Shown here: piece after piece, positions 9,004-19,018 of the stretch | Numbering within the stretch: position 1 is the stretch's first letter | Layout: every line of letters starts with the position of its first letter | DNA from: Bellilinea sp. | Lineage (GTDB): Bacteria > Chloroflexota > Anaerolineae > Anaerolineales > Anaerolineaceae | Direction: 5' to 3' | DNA: 64,000 bases | Assembly: GCA_034678305.1 (NCBI GenBank) | Contig: JAXDCA010000066.1 | Location: 8,077 to 72,076 of the forward strand | Notes under the pieces: generated by a model | The model's input: the letters and a program-made list of their open reading frames with translations, nothing else | Databases searched by the model: none | Told to the model about the DNA's origin: nothing | Made by a program: the position numbers and the translations under genes

Positions 9004-10080
9004 TCACGGATTAAGTTGATATGTTGAGAAGATATTCTCGCAAGGATTTCCCCAGGAGGCGTGCATTTGCTGATTGGTCACATCGATAGTCAGGGCAACG
9101 ATCGTCTTCTCACGGTCGAGCGGATCGCCCTCCTCAGCATGATTGCATATCGAGTCTGGCTCGTTGATATGATCTTTCTGAATCGCCTGCAATGTTTTGA
9201 TCGAATGCTGGTCGGTTTCCATCAGTAAGCGCCGCGCTCTGAAATAGCGAATTCGGGTGCTGATCAATTCATCCGGCTCGCTTTCAACCTTACGCATCTG
9301 ATCGTCCAGATAATGATTGGTATGCACCATCATGCCCTGCTCCGCGTACAGAATAGCAAACTGGCGCGCAGATACTTCCACCGAATACATCTCTCCACTG
9401 GCGTGTACCAACAAATGGTTGTATCCTGCCGCGCGATGAGCAACCAGCATATGGCGCATCGCTTCAGCCGGCGTACGCGCCGCAAGCACAGCCCGTGAGA
9501 CGATCACGCGTGGAATGCCAATGCGGCTGTCCGTCGGATAGACAGTATCGCAACATTGGGCAATCCCATACGCATTGAAGCCGATATTCGGCAGAAGTCC
9601 CCCATAAGTCATCGCCAGGAAGGGCGGTTCTTGGTCTGGCTTAGCATGGATCAGATACACATCCGACTCATCGTCAGGCAGCCAATCTTCGTTATGGGCA
9701 ACCAAGACGCGCTCATTTGAAGTTCGCGATTGGTTGACGGCCATGCTGGTGCATTTTGTTAAGTGAAGCGCATCCATCGTGACCGCTTCCATAGCGTTGA
9801 CAACTGCAATATCATCAAAATTAATATTGCTTCCCTGCGCTATGCCGCGGATTTCGGCGACATATTGCGGATAGCGCTCCTCCGCGAAAGGCATATATTT
9901 ACGCGCCTGGATCAATGCTCCATCCCAGTCGAGCTGCAGGGTATCATACGCATCTTCAAGAAGCTTACGCGCGTTTTCGACGCCGTGTTGGATTTGATCA
10001 CGGCAGGCTTCGCCAATCTGCCTGCCAATCTCGAGATGTGACCCAGAAACACGTATTAATGGTATGCTGCGATTATTCAT
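9004..10080 (-). CDS. Peptidase C45 (acyl-CoA:6-APA acyltransferase-like) Ntn-hydrolase
   Basis: EIRGIAQG, CTS nucleophile, HNED, HTNHY; start chosen at ATG 10080. Confidence 0.88.
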   Translation of the reverse strand: MNNRSIPLIRVSGSHLEIGRQIGEACRDQIQHGVENARKLLEDAYDTLQLDWDGALIQARKYMPFAEERYPQYVAEIRGIAQGSNINFDDIAVVNAMEAVTMDALHLTKCTSMAVNQSRTSNERVLVAHNEDWLPDDESDVYLIHAKPDQEPPFLAMTYGGLLPNIGFNAYGIAQCCDTVYPTDSRIGIPRVIVSRAVLAARTPAEAMRHMLVAHRAAGYNHLLVHASGEMYSVEVSARQFAILYAEQGMMVHTNHYLDDQMRKVESEPDELISTRIRYFRARRLLMETDQHSIKTLQAIQKDHINEPDSICNHAEEGDPLDREKTIVALTIDVTNQQMHASWGNPCENIFSTYQLNP

Positions 10081-10395
10081 AATTGGAGATTCATCTTTCA
10101 TAATTTTACTGTTCAACATATAAGCCCACCCGTCAAACTTCCCTGGTTTCAGGATTTTACCACGTTGCAGTCATCAGAGATTATCAGCATGTTCGAGAAT
10201 TCATTTTTCAGGCCAAACAAGTCCTTGATCTTGATTCTTTTCGGGAGAGAAAAATCTAAGTAGTTAGCTTGTATTTTCCAGGCTTCCTATCTACAATAGG
10301 TGTGTTCAGTGAACCTCACAGACCTATTCTATGTTTAATTTGAATTACTGGATTAAGTTAAAATAGATCTCATAGAAATAATAGGATTTAATCTC

Positions 10396-11106
10396 ATGTC
10401 AAATCCCATTCACCATCCGAAATTAAAAATCCTATTGGTAGATGATGATCCAGACACACGCGACCTGGTGTCGATGATGTTCAGCGATACCGGTCATAAA
10501 TTGCTGACAATCGGGCAGGGGCAGGCGGCTCTGGAATTGCTCGAACATCAAAAATTCGATGTTATTTTATTGGATATTATGATGCCTGATTTCGATGGCT
10601 TGATGGTCCTGGAAAATATCAGAAAGAAATCTTCTGCCCCCGTTCTGATGTTGACTGCACTATCCAACGTACAAATAATGGAGCAAAGCTATCAACTCGG
10701 AGCTAACGATTACATTGTTAAACCATTTAGCAAAAACAAACTGCTAGAACGTATCGACCGGCTAGCGCGACAACTCACCAGCTTCGTCGATGATAGTCTG
10801 GCCGGTTGGAAAGCAGATTTCGCAATCGACTACGAGAAGAACGAGCTGGTATACCACGGACGGACGATCGAGATGACCCCCACCGAGCTTCGTCTGCTCA
10901 CCAGGTTGATGGAAAGCGCATTCGTTGACGTCAATGTAATGGACCTTTACGAAGCAGGTTGGGGGCGCGAACCGCTGCCTTTCCGCACCCGCCAGGCTCT
11001 GGTTGAAAACACAATCAGAAGCTTGCGAGAAAAACTCGAAACGGATCCACAAAATCCCAAGTTATTGCTATCCGCAGAAAATGGCTGGATTTTACGCCCA
11101 GGATAA
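10396..11106 (+). CDS. OmpR-family response regulator (orphan)
   Basis: LVDDD, LDIMMP, LTA, KPF; winged-helix TPTE..LREKLE. Confidence 0.9.
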   Translation: MSNPIHHPKLKILLVDDDPDTRDLVSMMFSDTGHKLLTIGQGQAALELLEHQKFDVILLDIMMPDFDGLMVLENIRKKSSAPVLMLTALSNVQIMEQSYQLGANDYIVKPFSKNKLLERIDRLARQLTSFVDDSLAGWKADFAIDYEKNELVYHGRTIEMTPTELRLLTRLMESAFVDVNVMDLYEAGWGREPLPFRTRQALVENTIRSLREKLETDPQNPKLLLSAENGWILRPG

Positions 11107-11237
11107 ATTCAGCCTATCGCTTAAAACCATTTATAATTTTCCGGCTTGGGCGTGATCTAAACTTTGTTCAGGCTTTAAAGGTCTCATAAAGGGGTATTCT
11201 CAAGACATCTCATCCTTTAACGAATACACTAGATCTG

Positions 11238-12710
11238 ATGGATTCTACTGGCTCAATCAAAACAAACGGGGTGGCGACCAAATGGCTGGTCATGGTCGGG
11301 GTGGGCATGGGGGTTTTAATGGCCACACTGGATTCCAGCATTGTCAATATTTCGCTGCCAACACTGGTTGAAGCTTTTGAAACAAATTTTGCCACTGTTC
11401 AATGGGTAGTGATTAGTTATCTTGTGGTGGTCTCCTCCCTAATCCTTGGCGCAGCCAGGCTTGGAGACATGTACGACAAGAAAAAGCTCTACATTGCGGG
11501 TATGATACTCTTCACCACGGGGTCTTTGTTATGCGCAATTTCATCCAGCGTCAATGCCTTGATCGCATTTCGCGCGCTGCAAGGGCTCGGCGCGACCCTT
11601 TTACAAGCGCTTGGCATGGCAATTATCACCGAAGTGTTTCCAGCGTATGAACGCGGGCGCGCGCTGGGTATTCAAGGCACCATCGTTGCGATTGGCATTG
11701 CCCTGGGTCCTCCACTGGGAGGAATCATTATCGGCCTGATAGGCTGGCACTGGGTATTTCTGGTTAATCTACCTGTTGGCATCATAGCATTGATAATTGT
11801 CACCCGCTTCTTGCCCTCATTGCCCGCCAAACAACCCGATCAGCGCTTCGATATCCTCGGCGCTATGCTGATGTTTACAACGCTCGGCTGTTATGCGCTC
11901 GGGATGACCCTGGGGCAGCGGCTGGGTTTCAATCATCCCACTCCGCAAGTTCTGCTGGTCGTCGCTGCGGTTGGATTGGTTTCCTTTATCATCCTGGAAT
12001 CGCGCCTGAAACAACCCATGGTCGACCTAAGGTTATTTCGCAACGTCTTCTTTGATCTCAACCTGCTGATGGGCTTTCTGGTTTTTATTGTCATGTCAGG
12101 CTCATTTATCCTGCCATTTTTCCTGGAACTTGTTCAGGGTTACTCGCCTACGGTGGTGGGGATGCTGATCATGGTGCACCCAATTGCCAGCGGGATGATT
12201 GCCCCTCTGGCTGGCTCGCTCTCTGACCGGTTTGGGTCACGCGGTATTAGCCTGATCGGTCTGGTTTTCATCGTATGTGGCGCGCTTGCAGTCAGTACGC
12301 TGCAAGAAGGAATGACACCGCTTGGATTTGCCGCGCGCATTGTCTTATTCGGCATCGGTATGGGACTGTTCGCCTCACCAAACAACAGCGCCATCATGGG
12401 CGCCGTGCCGCGCGAACGGCTTGGCGTCGCCTCGGGACTGCTCTCGCTTTCACGCACCCTTGGCAACACCACCGGGCTGCCGTTGATAGGGGCAATATTT
12501 ACTACACAGACACTCGCTCATGCCAATCTACCTGCAAACACGGATATAACCACTGCAAGCCCTGCTGCGCTGGTTGCAGGCATTCAAGGCACATATCAAA
12601 TTGCGGCATTGTTTATCCTCGCCTCCACTGCCATCGCAGTTGTCGCGCTGTGGCTGGATCAGCGTCGAAAAAAGACCGCAGCAAAACCTGTTTCACCCCC
12701 AGCGCAATAA
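11238..12710 (+). CDS. MFS efflux transporter, DHA2 family
   Basis: LDSSIVNISLP, RLGDMYD, RALQGLG, GPPLGG and WHWVFLVNLP motifs. Confidence 0.92.
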   Translation: MDSTGSIKTNGVATKWLVMVGVGMGVLMATLDSSIVNISLPTLVEAFETNFATVQWVVISYLVVVSSLILGAARLGDMYDKKKLYIAGMILFTTGSLLCAISSSVNALIAFRALQGLGATLLQALGMAIITEVFPAYERGRALGIQGTIVAIGIALGPPLGGIIIGLIGWHWVFLVNLPVGIIALIIVTRFLPSLPAKQPDQRFDILGAMLMFTTLGCYALGMTLGQRLGFNHPTPQVLLVVAAVGLVSFIILESRLKQPMVDLRLFRNVFFDLNLLMGFLVFIVMSGSFILPFFLELVQGYSPTVVGMLIMVHPIASGMIAPLAGSLSDRFGSRGISLIGLVFIVCGALAVSTLQEGMTPLGFAARIVLFGIGMGLFASPNNSAIMGAVPRERLGVASGLLSLSRTLGNTTGLPLIGAIFTTQTLAHANLPANTDITTASPAALVAGIQGTYQIAALFILASTAIAVVALWLDQRRKKTAAKPVSPPAQ

Positions 12711-12797
12711 CATTTCAGAAATCTGCGGAGCGACGCATCCTGTATAATACAGCTTGGAATTTCTCAGCCCCTATTATCGACAGATCAAGGAGTGTGT

Positions 12798-13970
12798 ATG
12801 CCCGTCGAGCAAGCCGTTGAAAGCCATAAATTCCATACCGCGAAGGTTGCTATCGTCTCGGCTGGACATTCTATTCAAGATACCTATCAGGCTTTCCTGC
12901 CAGCCCTCTTGCCGGTTCTGATCGAGAAATTCTCGCTGATGAAAACTGAAGCGGGGCTTTTATCAGTATTTACGAATGCTCCGTCGCTTCTACAGCCTTT
13001 TATCGGTTATTTAGCTGACCGGGTCAGCTTGCGCTGGTTAGTCATCCTTGCGCCGGCAGTTACAGCGCTGACGATGAGCTTGCTTGGCATTAGCTCGTCT
13101 TACGCAATCGCCGCTCTATTGTTGATTCTTGCGGGTATCAGCTCAGCTGGTATCCATGCTGTTGGACCAGTGATCGCCGGACGATTGTCGGCCAACCGGC
13201 TTGGGATGGGCATGAGTTTTTGGATGGTCGGCGGCGAATTGGGCCGTACGGTTGGTCCGTTGATCATCGTTACCGCCGTCCGCTACCTCAAACCGGAGAG
13301 CACCCCCTGGCTGGCAGTTGCCGGCATTCTTACCTCACTGGTGCTTTTAATATATTTACACAATACCCCTGACCGAACCATTGATAAGTCTCCCAACGTG
13401 GACTGGCGTGCAGCTCTAAAGAGTATGCGCAGGGTTCTCCTGCCCGTGACCGGTATCATTCTTACTCGCGCTTTTGCATTCGTCAGTGTTTCTACATTTC
13501 TGCCCACATTTATGACCGAACAAGGCGCAGATCTTGTCCTCGCCGGCGGTTCGCTTTCGGTGATGGAAGCAGCAGGGGTCGCCGGCGCATTCCTCGGCGG
13601 GGTCATCTCCGACCGCCTCGGACGCCGGCCTGTCCTGGCTGCGGCGCTGGTTTCGAGCTCGTTATTTTTGTTTGCTTTCATTAATTTGCACGGCTGGATA
13701 CTGATCGCGATCCTGTTAGGACTTGGCTTTAGTTTGCTATCCACCGCGCCGGTGATCATGGCTGCCGTACAGGAAAGCTTTCCAGAAAACCGCGCGCTTG
13801 CCAATGGGATTTATATGGCAGTGTCGTTTCTATCCAGCTCAGTCGTCACGGTTCTGGTCGGCGGTATTGGAGACCTTTTCAACTTGCGTACGGCCTATGC
13901 GGTCAGCGCTGTGTTAATCATGCTTGGGCTTCCATTCGTGTTTCTGCTGCCAAAAACCAACGGCAAGTAA
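12798..13970 (+). CDS. MFS transporter, Fsr-like
   Basis: HxxxDxY, QPFIGYLADR, GGELGRTVGP, SDRLGRR. Confidence 0.85.
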   Translation: MPVEQAVESHKFHTAKVAIVSAGHSIQDTYQAFLPALLPVLIEKFSLMKTEAGLLSVFTNAPSLLQPFIGYLADRVSLRWLVILAPAVTALTMSLLGISSSYAIAALLLILAGISSAGIHAVGPVIAGRLSANRLGMGMSFWMVGGELGRTVGPLIIVTAVRYLKPESTPWLAVAGILTSLVLLIYLHNTPDRTIDKSPNVDWRAALKSMRRVLLPVTGIILTRAFAFVSVSTFLPTFMTEQGADLVLAGGSLSVMEAAGVAGAFLGGVISDRLGRRPVLAAALVSSSLFLFAFINLHGWILIAILLGLGFSLLSTAPVIMAAVQESFPENRALANGIYMAVSFLSSSVVTVLVGGIGDLFNLRTAYAVSAVLIMLGLPFVFLLPKTNGK

Positions 13971-14049
13971 GGTAGGGTAAAATTATATTTAAACAAATCT
14001 ATGTCCGGAGGGCCGAGCTGCCCGCCGGACGGGACTCAAGAGGAGCATT

Positions 14050-16959
14050 ATGAGCGCGTCTGATAGTTTTGATCTGCTTAAGGACGATGTTGTCAGTGAG
14101 TTCAATACCCGCGCCAGGTTGTGGCGGCACAAACGCACCGGCGCGGAGCTGCTCTCGCTCGAAAATGATGATGAAAACAAGGTCTTCGGCATCACTTTCC
14201 GCACGCCGGCCGGCAATTCCACCGGCATTGCGCACATTATGGAGCATTCTGTCCTGTGCGGCTCGGAAAAATATCCGGTCAAAGAACCCTTCATCGAGCT
14301 TGCCAAGGGCTCACTCAACACCTTCTTGAACGCGATGACCTACCCTGACAAGACCTGCTATCCGGTTGCCAGCACCAATCTGAAAGATTTCTATAATCTT
14401 ATCGACGTCTATCTAGACGCGGTGCTGCGTCCTTTAATTACCCCTTATACGCTGCTTCAGGAAGGCTGGCACTACGAACTTGATGCGCCCGACCAGGAGA
14501 TGACCTATAAAGGAGTGGTCTTCAACGAAATGAAGGGGGATTACTCCTCGGCAGACTCCATCATTTCCGAAGAGAGCCGTCACATTCTGTATCCCGACAC
14601 CCATTACCAGTACGACAGCGGCGGCGACCCAGAGGTTATCCCAACCCTGACCTACAAGGAATTCAAGCACTTCTATGAGACCCACTATCATCCTTCAAAC
14701 GCGCGCATCTATTTCTATGGGGACGATGATCCTGAGCAGCGTTTGCGCATAATAGACGCAGCACTTCGTGGTTTTGAAAAAATATCACCCGATTCTGATA
14801 TCGCATTACAATCCCTCTTCACCAAACCAAAGTATAAGGAAGCAGCCTACGACAGCGGCGATGATCCTGATCCCAAGGGGCAGATTACCCTCAACTGGCT
14901 GCTGCCGGAGGCTGGCAATGTCGAGTTGACCCTGGCGTGGTCGATTTTCGCTCATATTCTCATTGGCACCCCTGCTTCGCCGCTGCGCAAGGCCTTGATC
15001 GACTCGGGGCTTGGCGAGGATTTGACTGGCGTCGGTTTCGAATCCAGCTTGCGCCAGATGATGTTCTCAACCGGTTTACGCGGCATCCAGGTGGAAAACG
15101 CTGAAAAAATCCAGGAATTGATCTTAAACACGCTGCGAGAGCTGGCGGAAAACGGGATCGATCCAGACACCGTTGCGTCCTCGCTGAATACGGTCGAATT
15201 CTCCTTGCGCGAATGCAATACCGGCGCGCTTCCACGCGGATTAGTTTTAATGCTGATGTCTTTGGATGCATGGTTGTACGACCGCGATCCAATAACAGCT
15301 TTGGCTTTCGAAGCCCCTCTGAATGTCATCAAGCAGAATATCGCAAAGGGCAATTATTTCGAAAGCATGATCCGCCAATATCTGCTCGACAATCCACACC
15401 GCGCCACGGTGCTGCTCAAGCCAGATCCCCAACTCGGACAAAAGCTCGCTGAGAAAGAGCGCGAGCGATTAGAAAAAGCCCGCAAGTCGATGAGTCCCGC
15501 AGAACTGCGGCAGATCGTCGAAACAACCCGTGAATTAAAGCGCCGTCAGGAAACTCCCGACTCGCCCGAAGCGCTGGCGAGCATCCCGCATTTGCATCGA
15601 TCTGATCTGGAGCCACAGATCAAAAAAATCCCGCTGGAAGTGTTGCCCGCCGGGGACAGCAAGGTCCTCTACCACGATCTATTCACCAATGGCATCCTCT
15701 ATCTGGACGTAGGATTTAACCTGCAGCAGCTTCCACAAGAGTCACTGCCCTATCTGCCGATCTTCAGTCAGGCGCTGCTCGAAACCGGCGCCGCTGAATT
15801 GGATTTTGTACGACTGGTGCAGCGCATCGGCAAGTACACCGGCGGCATCCACCCAGCCACCTTCACTTCCGCTGTACGAAACAAGGATGAAAATACCGCA
15901 TGGCTTTTCTTGCGCGGTAAAGCCATGCTGGCGCAATCTCCCGAACTCCTTGCTATTCTAAGGGATGTTCTCCTGACTGCCAGATTGGACAACCGCGAGC
16001 GCATTCGCCAGATGGCCTTGGAAGCCAAAGCAGAAATGGAAGCTGGACTGGTTCGGGTTGGTCATCGGGTGGCAAACACCCGCCTGAAGGCCCGCTTTAC
16101 ACTGGCGGATATGGCTGCCGAGGAAATGGGCGGCGTGAACCAGCTCTTTTTCCTACGCAAGCTGATCGAACGCATCGATAACGATTGGCAATCCGTGCAG
16201 GACGCGCTGGAATCTATCCGCGCCGCGTTGATCAACCAGCAAGGCATGATTTGTAACGTCACCCTCGATCAGGAAGGCTGGAAATCGATCAAGGGACAGA
16301 TCGATGAGTTCATCGCTTCCTTCCCAAAGACCTCGACTCCTGCAGCAGCCTGGAATTTAGCCGCATTCCCAGATAGAGAGGGATTAACCCTGCCCACTCA
16401 GGTTAATTTCGTCGGGAAAGCTGCCAACCTTTATGAGCACGGTTATCATCTGAACGGCTCAGCCCAGGTGATCGTGCCGTACTTGCGCGCAACCTGGTTA
16501 TGGGAAAAAGTACGCGTTCAGGGCGGCGCTTACGGCGGTTTCTGCGTGTTCGACCAGCAGTCTGGCGCTTTGAGTTTCCTTTCCTACCGCGATCCCAACC
16601 TCACCCAAACGCTGGACATCTATGATCAAACCGTCCAGTTCCTGCAAAGCATCCAGCTTGACGAGGCAGAATTAACCCGGGCGATCATTGGCGCGATTGG
16701 CGAGGTAGATGCCTACCAGCTGCCAGACGCCAAGGGTTACACCTCCATGTCGCGTTACCTGTTATCGATCAGCGATGAAGAACGCCAGGCGCGCCGCGAT
16801 GAAATCCTCAGCACAACGGAGGCCGATTTCCACGCGTTTGCCCAGGCTGTCGAGCAGGTTAGGGAGCACGGCGCAGTGGTGGTGATTGCCTCGCCAGACG
16901 CGGTCCAGGCATCGAAGAAGACGAATGGCGAATGGCTGGTAACAACAAGAGTCTTATAA
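14050..16959 (+). CDS. M16C presequence protease-like metallopeptidase
   Basis: HIMEH zinc motif, LNAMTYPDKT, GVVFNEMKG, VRVQGGAYGG, YRDP. Confidence 0.95.
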   Translation: MSASDSFDLLKDDVVSEFNTRARLWRHKRTGAELLSLENDDENKVFGITFRTPAGNSTGIAHIMEHSVLCGSEKYPVKEPFIELAKGSLNTFLNAMTYPDKTCYPVASTNLKDFYNLIDVYLDAVLRPLITPYTLLQEGWHYELDAPDQEMTYKGVVFNEMKGDYSSADSIISEESRHILYPDTHYQYDSGGDPEVIPTLTYKEFKHFYETHYHPSNARIYFYGDDDPEQRLRIIDAALRGFEKISPDSDIALQSLFTKPKYKEAAYDSGDDPDPKGQITLNWLLPEAGNVELTLAWSIFAHILIGTPASPLRKALIDSGLGEDLTGVGFESSLRQMMFSTGLRGIQVENAEKIQELILNTLRELAENGIDPDTVASSLNTVEFSLRECNTGALPRGLVLMLMSLDAWLYDRDPITALAFEAPLNVIKQNIAKGNYFESMIRQYLLDNPHRATVLLKPDPQLGQKLAEKERERLEKARKSMSPAELRQIVETTRELKRRQETPDSPEALASIPHLHRSDLEPQIKKIPLEVLPAGDSKVLYHDLFTNGILYLDVGFNLQQLPQESLPYLPIFSQALLETGAAELDFVRLVQRIGKYTGGIHPATFTSAVRNKDENTAWLFLRGKAMLAQSPELLAILRDVLLTARLDNRERIRQMALEAKAEMEAGLVRVGHRVANTRLKARFTLADMAAEEMGGVNQLFFLRKLIERIDNDWQSVQDALESIRAALINQQGMICNVTLDQEGWKSIKGQIDEFIASFPKTSTPAAAWNLAAFPDREGLTLPTQVNFVGKAANLYEHGYHLNGSAQVIVPYLRATWLWEKVRVQGGAYGGFCVFDQQSGALSFLSYRDPNLTQTLDIYDQTVQFLQSIQLDEAELTRAIIGAIGEVDAYQLPDAKGYTSMSRYLLSISDEERQARRDEILSTTEADFHAFAQAVEQVREHGAVVVIASPDAVQASKKTNGEWLVTTRVL

Positions 16960-16977
16960 ACCATCAAATTTGCATGA

Positions 16978-17050
16978 TCATTTCGACAAGCGAAGCGAGG
17001 AGAAATCTTCGCATGAGAAAAAAAGATTTCTCGCTTCGCTCGAAATGACA
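16978..17050. repeat. Palindromic REP-like element, solo copy
   Basis: TCATTTCGA...GAGAAATCT-spacer-AGATTTCTCGCTTCGCTCGAAATGACA; homologous copies at 38.1 kb and 50.2 kb. Confidence 0.85.
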
Positions 17051-17097
17051 GTTGCAACATCTGTATTACAAGGAAATATCGCCCCGTGTATCCCCGC

Positions 17098-17961
17098 TCA
17101 TCCCGGGAGCAAAATATTGGGCACCCAAAATTTACCGAAACCAAGCAGAGACAGAGCGACCGACATCATCAACATCATAATGCTGATTCCAATCAACCAA
17201 TAATCACGCCGGCGCATAGGGATTTGCTCGAGCCACACCCGCGGACCGACGCCAAAAGCGCGTAAATCCATTGCGTCGATAATGTCCTCACTGGCGACGA
17301 TCGAATGGATTGTCACTGGGACGATTAACGGCGCCAGCTTGCGAATTTGAGCTACCAATCCGCCGGTAATTTTCTCAAGCTCGTAACCGCGCGCCCGCTG
17401 CGCATCGCGGGTGAGTGAAAAGTCGCGCCCCAGCGATGGAATGAAACGCATGGTGAGGTCCATGCCGTAGGCAATCTTATCGGGCAAGCCCAGGCCGCGG
17501 AAGGTAATGCCGTAATGCGCCGGATTAAGTGAATAAGGGATGAGGATCGTCATGCTGGCAAGGCTGAAGACGCGAATCAGCATTGAAAACGCGTACATGG
17601 TCTTCTCAGCAGTGATGGTTAATGCAGGACGCCAACCCAGAATTGTGAACGAGGCCGTCAATCGGGTTAATAGATGTTCCTCCTCGTACAGCTCGATTCC
17701 CCCACGACCGGTTAGAAAAGTCAGCACAGAGAAGAACAGCACAAATCCGCCTATGAATAACCAGGCGCGTTTCATCTCGCTCCAACGGATACCCGAGGTG
17801 AATACTGTCAGCATTGCCACAGCAAAGAACACCGAAAGATAACGAAAATCCCAGAATAATACTGTGCAGGCGATAAAGCATCCAAAAAAGATGATCCACG
17901 CCCGCGGATTGAAGCTTTGAATCAGCGATTTGCGTTTTCGGTAGCGCCAGGTGACCAGCAT
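17098..17961 (-). CDS. ecfT: ECF transporter T component
   Basis: RFIP, AQRARG and AMDLRAF coupling motifs. Confidence 0.9.
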   Translation of the reverse strand: MLVTWRYRKRKSLIQSFNPRAWIIFFGCFIACTVLFWDFRYLSVFFAVAMLTVFTSGIRWSEMKRAWLFIGGFVLFFSVLTFLTGRGGIELYEEEHLLTRLTASFTILGWRPALTITAEKTMYAFSMLIRVFSLASMTILIPYSLNPAHYGITFRGLGLPDKIAYGMDLTMRFIPSLGRDFSLTRDAQRARGYELEKITGGLVAQIRKLAPLIVPVTIHSIVASEDIIDAMDLRAFGVGPRVWLEQIPMRRRDYWLIGISIMMLMMSVALSLLGFGKFWVPNILLPG

Positions 17962-18019
17962 ATTTTTTCCGTGTCAGGGGAAACCCGTTGGAGAACGGGT
18001 TTCCCCAAAATGAAAAGGA

Positions 18020-18955
18020 TCAGCGCCCGGTCTGGCGTTGAACCGCCAGATAAGCGACGACCAGGATGGGAACGAAGATCGCCGCGAAGATCGCGTTCGG
18101 TCCAGCGGCCGGGATGAATTCACCGACGATCGCCAGCGCAGGCGGATAACCGTTGATCCAGATATCCGAAATAGCCGCAAAGCCAATTCCGATGAAATTT
18201 CCAAGCAGACTCCAGGTCACGGCAGCCGCGACATCGATATTCTTGCCAAATAGAAATCGTACCAGCAGCACCAGGACGAAACCGATCACGACTGAGAGAC
18301 CAGCCCAAATGGTGATGGTCGCATCGCCAAATATATTATTGGCAACATCGAAGAACATCATATTCGGCGATGACTGATTCAGGAAATAGATCGTTGTGGC
18401 AATGGCAGCCAGAACAAAGCTGAGGATCAGGACAAAGTCGATACCCTTTTTGCGGTCTTTGAATAGCCAGGATAACCCGGCGATCATCCCGACCAGACCA
18501 TTGCCGAACGACCACTGCGGAGAGAGGCCAAATCCAGTCAACGCGTCGCCGAACATGTTGCCGACTGCGCCGGTGAACAAGCCAACCGAGGGGCCAAAGG
18601 CATACCCAAAGAACATCGGTATGACAATGGCCGGGCGGAGCGACACCTGGCTGACCGAGGGCACTAAAAAGACTGTCCCATTGAATAGAAATGACAGCAC
18701 GGCATAAAGCGCAGCGCCGATGGCCATATAGACAACCTCGCGCGTGCCGATTTCCCAGATTTTACTCTGGCGGGTCACCAAGTAGATAATAAACACGATC
18801 AACAGGCCAATGCCAACAAAGGCAAAGCGTAGTATGCCGGTTTCATCCAGTTTCAGGTCGGGATTGATCAACCCTCCAATCCATACCACTCCAAGGAAGA
18901 AAACCAGCACAGCCACAAGCGATAGAATGACAGCTAATAATTTTTTATCCATCAT
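18020..18955 (-). CDS. ECF transporter S component (UPF0397-like core), extended
   Basis: VVYMAIGAALY, FGPSVGLFTG, GDALTG; sits between ecfA and ecfT. Confidence 0.8.
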   Translation of the reverse strand: MMDKKLLAVILSLVAVLVFFLGVVWIGGLINPDLKLDETGILRFAFVGIGLLIVFIIYLVTRQSKIWEIGTREVVYMAIGAALYAVLSFLFNGTVFLVPSVSQVSLRPAIVIPMFFGYAFGPSVGLFTGAVGNMFGDALTGFGLSPQWSFGNGLVGMIAGLSWLFKDRKKGIDFVLILSFVLAAIATTIYFLNQSSPNMMFFDVANNIFGDATITIWAGLSVVIGFVLVLLVRFLFGKNIDVAAAVTWSLLGNFIGIGFAAISDIWINGYPPALAIVGEFIPAAGPNAIFAAIFVPILVVAYLAVQRQTGR

Positions 18956-19018
18956 GAACCTCCCAGAATCATTACTTCGGATGACTGTGCATCCGATTAA
19001 CCGTCTTCCTCCGGTAAA

